Origin: Cyclobacteriaceae bacterium
GTDB lineage: Bacteria; Bacteroidota; Bacteroidia; Cytophagales; Cyclobacteriaceae
Length of the DNA stretch: 64,000 nucleotides
Direction: 5' to 3'
NCBI GenBank assembly: GCA_039970095.1
Contig: JBDVMP010000018.1
Coordinates: 3,492-67,491, forward strand
The stretch's first letter is position 1, and every line of letters begins with the position of its first letter. Below the pieces are notes generated by a model. The model worked only from the letters and a program-made list of their open reading frames with translations. It was not told the DNA's origin and searched no databases. Positions 45,502-56,300 of the stretch are shown one piece after another. The translations under genes were made by a program, and so were the position numbers.

Positions 45502-46875
45502 TTAGGCCAGGTTTGATCGGAGCGGGAGTTTAATTTGAAAAGTTGAACCTGGAGTCTTTGGAATATAAATTAGTTCCCCGGAATGTTTTTTTACAATACC
45601 GTAAGAGATAAACAACCCAAGGCCAGTTCCTTCCCCTTCAGGTTTGGTTGAAAAAAAAGGCTCGAAAATTTTGGCTCGATTGGCCTTTTTAATTCCACAT
45701 CCATTGTCTGAGACCTCTATGACTCCATAGTTATCAGATTTAAAGGTTGAAAGAGAGATTTCTCCATTTTCAGAGATGGCGTCAATGGCGTTTTTAATAA
45801 CGTTTAATAATACCTGATTGATTTCAACAGAGTTGCCATAGAGCGTAATTTCATCTCTGTATTTTGTTGTAAACGAAATGTGAGGATTGGCGCCAGATAC
45901 GAGAAGGGAAGTTTGATGAACAATCTCCTGTAGATTGATTTCAGTTAATTCATTTAAATAGCCTCGGGGTGAAATCTTAAGTAGGTTGTTTATGATGTCA
46001 GAGGTTTTCTGGGCGCCTGTTTTAATGTTGCTCAGGAGCTGATCAATTTCGGAAAAGAGATCTTTTGTTTTTTCCTGATCTTCTTTCGTAAGTAGTGCCT
46101 TTATTTCCTGAAGGTCTGTTTTTATGGGACTCACATTGCCTCCAATAAAGTTTAAAGGGTTATTAAGTTCATGAGCAAGACCTGCTGTTAAACGACCAAT
46201 TGAAGCCATTTTCTCTGAATCTATAAGCTGATCTTTTGTGGCCTCCAGTTTTTTGAGTGTTGCTTTAGATTCCTTAATTGACTGGTTAAGGCTCACGTTC
46301 AGAGCGTCAAGCTGTTGGTTTTTGTCGGAAACTAACTTTCTTTCAAGATCAAACTCACTTTTCAGCCTGTTTACAATCAAAAGAGTACTGGTTACAATAA
46401 CCAGATAGTCATAAGGCAAGGTTGCATAGTCCATTGGGCTGGTTCTAACCCAGTTTGTATTAGTTTGAAATACAACTAAGAGAACAACGAAAGCAGCGTA
46501 AGTAAGCACGATAAGGGTTCGGTGCTTTTGAGGAAGTAGCAAGATGGTTATGATGCCAATAGCCACCGCTCCGACACCTGTTGGTCCGTGATAGCCAGAA
46601 AGCCAAAACCAAAAAAGGGTGAATGCAATTATGAGAATGATGACAAGAGGAACTCTTAGTACGTTGAACTTTCTCTTAAACCGAGATAGATATAAGAACC
46701 CTGTCATTAGGAGCGAAAGGAAAATCTCTATCAATGAAAGAGGAGTCACTCCAAATAGTACCATGCCTTGTACAAAACCATGACACATGACAACAATGAA
46801 CATCAGGCAGATGATTTCAAAGAGGGCCTTTTCGAGTCTATCTGATTTGTTGAAATGTGTTTCCAGGTCGGTCAT
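45502..46875 (-). CDS. Orphan membrane sensor histidine kinase (class I)
   Basis: ~5 TM; H-box LAHELNNPL; NQVLLNVIKNA, DNGCGI, FEPFFSTK, GTGLGL. Confidence 0.93.
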   Translation of the reverse strand: MTDLETHFNKSDRLEKALFEIICLMFIVVMCHGFVQGMVLFGVTPLSLIEIFLSLLMTGFLYLSRFKRKFNVLRVPLVIILIIAFTLFWFWLSGYHGPTGVGAVAIGIITILLLPQKHRTLIVLTYAAFVVLLVVFQTNTNWVRTSPMDYATLPYDYLVIVTSTLLIVNRLKSEFDLERKLVSDKNQQLDALNVSLNQSIKESKATLKKLEATKDQLIDSEKMASIGRLTAGLAHELNNPLNFIGGNVSPIKTDLQEIKALLTKEDQEKTKDLFSEIDQLLSNIKTGAQKTSDIINNLLKISPRGYLNELTEINLQEIVHQTSLLVSGANPHISFTTKYRDEITLYGNSVEINQVLLNVIKNAIDAISENGEISLSTFKSDNYGVIEVSDNGCGIKKANRAKIFEPFFSTKPEGEGTGLGLFISYGIVKKHSGELIYIPKTPGSTFQIKLPLRSNLA

Positions 46876-46929
46876 AATTTAAGAGTGAACAGCCCAGTTC
46901 CAACTAACCATTATTAAAAATCAGGATGA

Positions 46930-49900
46930 CTACATCCCTACCATAACAAATGCTCCCCAGTAGTAGGGAGATTTCCATTTGTCCTTGATGCGTTTCTGTG
47001 CAGTGATAAATGCCTCCTGTTTTTCTTTTCCACTGAGCCATTCCTCGTAGAAGACTGTCATCAGTTCTTGTGTGGCATTATCATCAACTGTCCACATGGA
47101 CATGATCATGGTCTTGGCTCCAGCCACGGTAAATGCTCTTTGCAGACCGTAGACACCCTCACCGTTTTTGATTTCGCCAAGGCCTGTTTCGCATGCAGAA
47201 AGCACAACCAGCTCGGTATCGTCCAGGTTGAGGTTCATGGCTTCATATGCTGTCAGAATTCCATCTTCGTTGTGTGCTTCGGTATTTGAAATTTGCCCGT
47301 TGGAAATGAAACTGTTAGCTCCGGCTAGAATTAGCCCTGATCTCAACAATGGGTTTTCAACATATTCATCTGAAGTGGCGTCATCGCTGTGGCTCTCAAG
47401 GAAGAACCCATGAGTAGCTATGTGTAGTACTTTTGGGTTTTTGATGCTCTTGATACTGTCTTCTAGTGCCTCATTGCTCAACAGTGTTGTTACATTGGCT
47501 TGTTTCGTTTGATACAGGCTATCGATCAGACCTACTTCTTTTTTGGTTCCGGGAAGGAGCGCAAGTAGTTGGTTGGAGCTCATGTACCTTAACATGTTTC
47601 CTCTCAGTCCGCGCGGTATTGCTCCACCTCTGGATAGTCCTTGTCCGGAATCTGCTCCACGTCCACCTCTGGCGCCTCTTTCGCCCCCACGACTAACCCC
47701 ACGGCCTCTGTTTTCAGCCGCCGCTTTCACAGCCGCCTCGGCCGAGCCGTTTTTGTTTTCATTTTTTTTGTCATCATCGAGGATTCCCATGTTGTAGTTG
47801 GGGTATCCAAATAAGAAGGAGTCTCCTGAAGATTGCCCCGAGGTGTTTACAGCAACGAGATCTTTGGTATTGGTAATCACCTGAATTTCTAGTTCGTCGA
47901 TGGTGAAGTTTCCAGTGGCGGGGTTTCGTAAAGTGTAAATACTAATTTGATTGAAAACCCCGTCTGGTGAAAAATAGACCTTGTTTATTCCCTCAAGCTT
48001 ATTGGCGATCGGTCGCCAGAATAGTTTGTAGCTGTAGTCTTCGTCAATTTTATATTTGATGGCATTTCGGTAGTTGGACAAGTATCGGCTTTCCATGAGT
48101 TTTCCGTTTCTCATGATTACCATTTCCGGATAATCTTCTGTTTCCGAAGTTAAAATCAGCGCAGCGTAGTAAACCTCGTCCGTAAAGATTCCGGCAGAGT
48201 CAGTAGAAAAATCACGAAAACGGACCACCTCAACGGCAGCCTCTCCAGCCTTAAGTGTTTTCTGTATGTCTTGCCATTTGAGGTTTTTGTTGGCAAAGGT
48301 CGAAGCGAACGTGGAGCTGGCCTGGCTGAGTTCCTTTTCAAGGTTGTTGGAAAGGGTCGTGAGAGAATCGATCTTCTTGTTACGGATCTTTACATTCAGA
48401 TCACTAGCGCTGAATAGCTTGGCAAGTTGCTCTTTCTGATCGATCCAACTGCTGTATTTTGAAATGAGCGTTGAATCCCCGCTATTGAGAATTGAGTTTT
48501 TGACCTTGCCAGAGGCATATAGAATCAAGCCTTTTGTTGCGAGCTGATTGTTGTAGATCTCACCGATTAGCTCCTTGTCTTCCGAGCTGGTCTCTATGAT
48601 GAATGAGTTGTATTGCTCAAAAGCAGGTTTGAGTTTGTTGTAGTAAAACTTGGTTTTTTCCTCTTCGCTCAAGATTGGGAAAACGAGGTTGATCTGCTTG
48701 AAGTAGTTTTCAAAAGTCTCTCCGTAGTAGCGAAGGGCTTGTTTATTGTCGCCCTTTTTCCAGTTTAGGATAGCCATTTTGGTGGTACTCGCCGCATAAT
48801 CAGGGCTCCCTTCTCCGAGATATTTTTTTCTAAGATCCAAAGCTGCTTCATGATACTTTTCAGCTTTTTCTATTTCATCAGCAGCAAAGTACGCTTCACC
48901 TAGATAGTAATTGGCGAAAGCCAACTGTCGGTTGTCAGTGGTTGTTTTTTGGAAAATATCCAAAGCCTTTTTAGCCATATCCTGGGCTTCATAGACATTG
49001 CCTTTTCTGGTATATACCTGAGATAGGTTTTGGAGAGTTCTGGCATATTCGGAACTTTCTTCACCTACGATGCTTTTATAGACCTCACCCGATTTTTTGA
49101 AGTACTCCTCCGCTTTGCTTAGCTGACCGGCATACATGTAGTTTGTGGCCAGGTTACCCGCATCTACTGCTATCGGGTATGACTCTGATCCGTAGTATTC
49201 TTCGTCGAGCTCAAGGTTTTTGAGGTAGATTTCTTCGGCTTTATCAAAATTCCCAAGCGAGACATAGTTCAAACCCATGTTGCTTCCAAGAATCATTTTG
49301 TACTCTGACATGTCGCCTTGCAGTCGATCAAGTATGGACATAGCCTCCAGATAGACTTCTTCGGCCAATGGCAGCTTACCGATTTGGTTGTAAAGACCAC
49401 CCAAACTAGCAAGTGTATTCACATATTCGATGGAAGCATAGAGGCCTAAATCATCTAGGGTTTCCAGAGCTTGTGTGAGTAATCGCTCCGACCGGCTATA
49501 ATTACCAGCAATGCTATAAAAATCCCCGGTAATTTTTAGCACGATGGCCTCTTCATAAGAGTTTCTGTCAACGCTCTGCTTTCGGAGTTCTTTACACAGT
49601 TCGAGCCCTTTTTCTACGTCCTCCACAAACATGTAATGATCTGCAAGCGAGGAAGCGGAAGAAAAGTATTCATCGCTTTTTTCTCCAAACTTCTTTTTGT
49701 CGTGAGCCAAAACCTCCAAATAAATTTCCTCTGTTTCATTGTATAGCCCAAGCTCGTCTTTGATGTAACCAATGTTGAGAGCAGGTGTGGCCAGGTCATC
49801 ATCGCCAAGTTCTTTGCGCAGGTCATACTCTTTTTGGTAATACTGCAGCGACTTTTTCATGTCATTGTCCCAATACAGATAAGATTCTCCCAGAAAGCTA

Positions 49901-50118
49901 TACATCAAAGCGGCTAGCGTGTCCTTTTTGTTTAGGAACATGCTTGTGATATCATCTTCACTTTTGAGAATCTTGTCGTAAGCATAGTCGGCGTAGTAGC
50001 CTTCTAACTTGTTGTATAGCTTTTCGGATTTTTTGCTGTCAAACTGGTATTGAGCGTGTGATTTGTCGATACCGATAAATAGAGAAATCAGAAAAAGTAG
50101 CGGTAGTAAGCGTTTCAT
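46930..50118 (-). CDS. Exported TPR-repeat CHAT-domain (caspase-like) protease
   Basis: Signal peptide ..SHA|Q; many TPRs; CHAT catalytic LHIATHGFF (His) and LSACETG (Cys); ends PYYWGAFVMVG. Confidence 0.93.
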   Translation of the reverse strand: MKRLLPLLFLISLFIGIDKSHAQYQFDSKKSEKLYNKLEGYYADYAYDKILKSEDDITSMFLNKKDTLAALMYSFLGESYLYWDNDMKKSLQYYQKEYDLRKELGDDDLATPALNIGYIKDELGLYNETEEIYLEVLAHDKKKFGEKSDEYFSSASSLADHYMFVEDVEKGLELCKELRKQSVDRNSYEEAIVLKITGDFYSIAGNYSRSERLLTQALETLDDLGLYASIEYVNTLASLGGLYNQIGKLPLAEEVYLEAMSILDRLQGDMSEYKMILGSNMGLNYVSLGNFDKAEEIYLKNLELDEEYYGSESYPIAVDAGNLATNYMYAGQLSKAEEYFKKSGEVYKSIVGEESSEYARTLQNLSQVYTRKGNVYEAQDMAKKALDIFQKTTTDNRQLAFANYYLGEAYFAADEIEKAEKYHEAALDLRKKYLGEGSPDYAASTTKMAILNWKKGDNKQALRYYGETFENYFKQINLVFPILSEEEKTKFYYNKLKPAFEQYNSFIIETSSEDKELIGEIYNNQLATKGLILYASGKVKNSILNSGDSTLISKYSSWIDQKEQLAKLFSASDLNVKIRNKKIDSLTTLSNNLEKELSQASSTFASTFANKNLKWQDIQKTLKAGEAAVEVVRFRDFSTDSAGIFTDEVYYAALILTSETEDYPEMVIMRNGKLMESRYLSNYRNAIKYKIDEDYSYKLFWRPIANKLEGINKVYFSPDGVFNQISIYTLRNPATGNFTIDELEIQVITNTKDLVAVNTSGQSSGDSFLFGYPNYNMGILDDDKKNENKNGSAEAAVKAAAENRGRGVSRGGERGARGGRGADSGQGLSRGGAIPRGLRGNMLRYMSSNQLLALLPGTKKEVGLIDSLYQTKQANVTTLLSNEALEDSIKSIKNPKVLHIATHGFFLESHSDDATSDEYVENPLLRSGLILAGANSFISNGQISNTEAHNEDGILTAYEAMNLNLDDTELVVLSACETGLGEIKNGEGVYGLQRAFTVAGAKTMIMSMWTVDDNATQELMTVFYEEWLSGKEKQEAFITAQKRIKDKWKSPYYWGAFVMVGM

Positions 50119-50395
50119 GACGGGTTTGTTAATTCATGGATTCTTAAAATAACGAAGAATTAGCTTCGTCTCAAAATAGCAATTGGTTTTCCAGTCTCGT
50201 CTTCAGTTAATTGTTTAACAAGTGGAGAGTTAATGGATGATTTTGCGCTGTTTGTCGAAATATTAATATTTCAAAAAATAATTGTACTATAACGCAGTAA
50301 ATTAAACAACTTTTTTGAAAACTGAATAATTTGGATCAAGCTACAAATACGAATTATATATTTAGCCTTCCAACTAATTGATAAGTTCACCGCCC

Positions 50396-53300
50396 ATGAA
50401 ACCCATAACCAGCAAAATCAAACTGGGGATACTTTCTTCATTCCTGTTTATTCATGTTCAGATACTGGCTCAAAACAATGCCCTCAATTTTGACGGAGTT
50501 AACCAAAATGTCACAACAACCAGAACGCAGGTTTCCGGGGGGCTGACCTATGAAGCATGGGTTAGGACAAGTACTACAGTTGGCTCCCCATCTTATGCCG
50601 GTGCACCAGGAATGGCAATTATAGGTGATTTCGATAATAATGTTGGTTTCAGTTTTGGTTTGACCAACGGGGTGCTAGAAGTGCTTCATTTTAACGATAG
50701 TTGGCAAAGTGTATCCGGAACGACTGACGTGGCTGACGGAGGTTGGCACCATGTGGCTGTCAGTCACGAGGAACTTACGGGAGAGATGGTTCTTTACCTT
50801 GATGGGAATGTAGAAGCGACGGGAAATATTACCTGGGATGGCAATTCGGAGTATCACAGTTTCAACAGGATTGGTTCATCTTACACAGATGGCCCTTCCG
50901 ATGGACAATTTTTTAATGGTGACATTGACGAAGTGCGTATTTGGAACAAACCCCTGTCTGAGGCACATATTAATTACCACAAAGACAATGAATTGTTATC
51001 GGGCGGGCATGAAGGCCTGGTGGCCTATTATGATTTTGAAGATGCTATTGGCACCACATTGACCAATGCTGAAGGAACAGCGGGACTGAATGGAACGCTC
51101 CAAAACATGGACAATGGCAACTGGATAAGTGGGAATGGCATCATTGGCGATCCTCTGGTAACCGAGCCTGATTTCGTCATGGATTTTGATGGAGTAGACG
51201 ATAAGATAGTTATAGTAGATAACCCATCTCTAGAGCCAACGGGAGGCCTGCTGACCGTCGAAGCATTGATATACAATCGTTCAGACAACTTTAAGAGAAT
51301 TATAACCAAAGCTGATGGTAACTCGGCAGGAACAGACAATGGGTCATTTTATTTTGACACATATGACAATACCGGAGGAGGCTTAGGCTTAAGAGCTGCC
51401 TTTGTAAATTCTTCAGACACCTACATTACTACTCCGTTAACAGGAGAAATATTAGCACTCAATACGTGGCATCATGTAGCGTTGGTGTTTGATCAGGGGG
51501 TTTTTACAATTTATTTGGATGGAACGGCAGTTTCAAGTGCTGATTTAGGGGAGACCACTCTTGTTGACAACACCTTTGATTGGGGAATAGGTGAAGATGG
51601 TTCGGAAGTTGGAGGAACGGAATTTTTTAATGGCCAAATAGATGAGGTAAAGATCTGGCATACAGCCAGAACACCAGAACAACTGTTGGCTTTTAAAGAT
51701 GTAGAACTAAATGGAAGTGAACCCGGCCTTGTTGGCTATTGGAACTTTGAAAATGGAGGAGGTTCAACGATTCCAGATTTGGCCTCCGGTGATGGCGCTC
51801 AAAATGGTGCCATGACCGACATGGACGTGGCGGGTGATTACGTGCAGCATTCTACGGTCGGTGATGCAGGAATGTTGGATGCCACAGCCCCAACACCAAA
51901 CATAACAACAGTAGGTTCTGGAACAAATTCCCCCATCACAGTAGATATAGATTTTGGTGAAGAGGTCGTGAATTTGGATGAAACGGACTTAGCAGTGACA
52001 AATGCCATTGTCAACAACTTTATGGGTGTGGATGGTCAGAATTATACTGTTGACTTGTATCCCAATGCAGATGGCAATGTCACTGTGGATATGGCCGGTG
52101 GTGCGGCCAATGACCTGACGGGTAATGCGAGTAATGCTGCAACCCAGTTCAGTATTACCGCGACCTTGCAAAACAATGCGCTGGATTTTGCAGCTTCCGA
52201 TTACGTCAACATTCCACATGATCCGCTGTTTGATCTGGCAAGTCCTTTCACCGTAGAGTTTTGGATAAAAACCTCTGCCAGCGTAGGTACAGTATGGTTG
52301 GAAAAAGGGACAAACAATCAGGAGTGGTCTATCCAGCAGTTCAACGATCATGTATACATGAACTTTGGCAATGGAGGCCTTGAATCTAATATTTCTATCA
52401 ATGATGGCAAATGGCATCATGTTGCTATAGTCTATAGAGGCTCAACAAATGGCACGATTTATATTGACGGGGTTGACGAAACCAATGGTGCGACTAACAC
52501 CCTCGGAACACCAGATTATGTCACTTATGATGGAGCCGTTTCTATAGGAGGCAGAGTAGGAGGTAGCTTTGATCTCGAAGGTGCGATGGACGAAGTAAGA
52601 ATCTGGAACGATGAAAGAACTATCGGGGAAATTCAAAGCAATCAGTACAATACTTTGGTTGGAAATGAAGCGAACCTTGTCGCATACTACCGCTTTGACG
52701 AAACTGGAGGAACAATTCTGCCAGACCTTTCCGCAAATACATTGGATGGAACGCTCACCAATATGACAGGTACGGAGTGGACGGCATCTGGAGCGATGAC
52801 TCCAGAAAGCCCTTTCTTGTTTAACGCAACCGACGTTTCCACTTCCGGGTTTACAGCTAATTTCTCTGCACCAGCGGGAGCAATTGATATTTTGGTAGAT
52901 GTAGACGATGCTCCAGATTTTGCTTCCCCTATTGCTATGGGTATTTCTGTTGGAGCGTCAGGGTCTGCACCAGTATCTGTTTCTCTTACTTCAGGAACTC
53001 AATATTATTACCGAGCCAAGGCAGACCACAGCACCAATGGTGAAAGTGACTATGTTGTTTCTAATTCCTTCATGGTGCAATCCGGAAACACACTGACTTT
53101 TAGTTCTTCCGATTACGTCAACATTCCACATGACCCACTTTTAGATCTGGCGGGAGATTTCACAGTTGAGTTTTGGTTTAATCACACTACATCAGGCAAT
53201 GTGATCATTCTGGAAAAAGGAAATAATAATCAGGAATGGTCTATCCAACAGAGCACTGGGAACGAAATAATACTGAACGTGGGCAATAATATTACACAAA

Positions 53301-56300
53301 CCACTCAAACATACAATGATGGAAACTGGCATCATGCAGCTGTTGTCTATCGTGGAGTGGATGATGCAAGTATATTTATCGATGGAGTGGATGACACGGA
53401 TGTTGTTGCAGTGGGAACCCCGGATTATGTAACCTTTGATGGTAATTTAAATATTGGTGGTCGTGCCGCGACTTCTAGTTACGCGGGTCTTTTGGATGAA
53501 TTAAGGATTTGGGACGATGAAAGAACTATCGGGGAAATTCAAAGCTATCAGTACAATACTTTGGTTGGAAATGAAGCGAATCTTGTCGCATACTACCGCT
53601 TTGACGAAACAGGAGGAACAATTCTGCCAGACCTTTCCGCAAATACATTGGATGGAATGCTCACCAATATGACAGGTACGGAGTGGACGGCATCTGGAGC
53701 GATGACTCCAGAAAGCCCATTCTTGTTTAACGCAACCGACGTTTCCACTTCCGGGTTTACCGCTAATTTCTCAGCACCATCTGGAGCAATTGATATTTTG
53801 GTAGATGTAGACGATGCTCCAGATTTTGCTTCCCCTATTGCTACGGGTATTTCTGTTGGAGTGTCAGGGTCTGCACCAGTATCTGTTTCTCTTACTTCAG
53901 GAACTCAGTATTATTACAGAGCCAAGGCAGACCACAGCACCAATGGCGAAAGTGACTATGTTGTTTCTAATTCCTTTTTCATATCCCCGGGTAACGCGCT
54001 GGATTTTGATGGAGTGAACGACTACATTGATTTATTTGAAGATGAGGCTTTTGTTGGTGATTTTACCGTAGAGGCCTGGGTGTACATTACCGATTTCACT
54101 GACTATAGCCCCATTCTCTCCAAACAAGGAACGACTGATAACAACACAGCAGAATTTAATTTACAAGTGCAGGGACCCATCAATGGGAACATCAGTTTTT
54201 TCTTGGGAACAGGTTCGGGAATAGCTAGTGTTAGCGGAAATGATGCCGACGATCAGGACATCATGCTGAACACCTGGACTCATGTGGCCGCAACGGTGGA
54301 GGGAACGACAATGTCGCTTTACATCAATGGAGCATTAAGTGGCAGTGGAACTTTTACGGGAGCCAGACAAAACAGTGCCGCACCGGTGCAGGTTGGCCAC
54401 TTTCAGAATTCTGTGGCTCAGTATTGGCCAGGTCAGATCGATGAGGTTCGGATCTGGGATTATGCACGGAATGCAACAGAAATCTCCGATAACACCTATA
54501 ATACCCTGGTAGGAAATGAAGCTGGTTTGATTAGCTACTATCGCTTTGACGAAACTGCCGGTCTTGTTCTCCCAGATTTATCTGTAAACGAGCTAGACGG
54601 AATACTCACCAATATGGCCGGCACAGAGTGGTCGCCATCGGGGGCTTTGACTATATCGACTCTCAATGTCAAAATCAACGAAGTAGTAACAGATCCGGCG
54701 ACAGACTGGAGTACAAACGGCTTTGATGGCACTGATGGAGGAGGGGCTGTTTCAGATATTGATCAGTATGTAGAGCTATATGTGGGAGAAGCTGGCTTGG
54801 ATTTTACCACAGGCTGGTCATTGGAAATCTATGAAGATGATGGGTCCACTCTTCGGTTTTCTGGAGACCTTACGAATACTGGAGCCTTCGATGTTGTTAC
54901 TTATTTTACCTCTGGATCAGGAACCATCTCAAATTCAGAAGTAGGGGATTACATTATTCTTGGAAACCCCGACGGCAGCAACTCCTTGGTCAACAACGTG
55001 GATTTAGTATTACTAAATGGCTTTGAGATAGATCGTGTTGATTTAGGTGGCACAATCGACCAGGCACCTAACGGAGCATCTTCTGGCACAGCAGATGAAT
55101 CCGTTTCAAGAAAGCCAAACGGTGCAGATTCGGATTCGGATGATGATGATTTTCAGAAAGCCGAAGCAACGCCGGGGACAACCAACGATAACAATGCCCT
55201 GAGTTTTGATGGGGTTGATAGCTATGTCGATTTTGGTGACGTGACTACCTTAGATGGACTTTCGTCACTTACTATAGAGGGTTGGTTCAATACAAATGTG
55301 AGTCCTTATTTCACTGCCTCAGACGAGCACTATTCAATCATTGCAAAGGGGGAAATGACGTTTGCAGGTAATAATTCCGCAGGTATTTATTTTAGAGGTA
55401 CGGATGGAGGAGGTGACTTGATTGCGAGAGTTGGTACTGATGTGGGAACTGAGACGGCTTCATTTGTTAGCACCAATGTCAATACAAACGAATGGTATCA
55501 CGTTGCTTTGGTCTGGTCATCCGGCACCCATGTTGAATTGTATTTAAATGGAGCATTGGTGGGCACATCATCTTCAACGCTGGCCGGAACAATCAATGAT
55601 ATAGCCGAACCCCTATCTATCGGCTTTAGTAATAATGGTGCCGAACAGTATTTCGATGGTGAAGTTGATGAGATAAGGATTTGGAGTGTAGCCAGAACAC
55701 AAGAACAAATAGTGGACAATGCGTACAGCTCCATTACATCAGGGCCTATATCTTCCTACACCTTCAACAATTCGTCCGGACCACTCATCGATGCTGCAGG
55801 GTCGAATGACGGTTCTCTGGTCGGTGGTGTAAGCTATGAGGTTTCTGACGCCTGGGCCGCAGATGTTTTTGCTCCGATTTTTGAAGGGATTTACCCAACA
55901 GCCGACACTGAAACCATAGATGGCTTTGATATAAATGTTGAGCTCAATGAAGGTAGCTCGCAGGTGGCATATTCAATATTGGCTAACCCATCCAGTGCTC
56001 CGGCTTTGGATGATATCGGAACCGTGGGGGATGCTGCAGGTATTATTAGCGTGACAGATGCTTCTACATTTTATAATGAAACCGTGACAGGGTTATCTGC
56101 TTCCACTAACTACGATATCTTCCTGCTACCTTATGATGGAAACTCAAACAGACCGAGCAGCGCTACGGTCATCGCGGCATTGACGCTGGATCCACCTAAC
56201 TACGCCTTGGATTTTGATGGAACGGATGACCTGATTTCAGTGGGCACTGGTACCTCGTTGCAGTTTGAGAATGCTGATCAGTTCACAATAGAAGCATGGG

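Noticed and set aside
46930-50118. TPR-CHAT as part of a CRISPR type III-E (Craspase) or other anti-phage system
   Set aside because: It has a Sec signal peptide and there are no cas, gasdermin-like or other defence genes in the window
50330-50364. TTTG...TATATTTA promoter candidate for the giant gene
   Set aside because: Imperfect -7 box and 23-nt spacing in very AT-rich DNA; not distinguishable from chance
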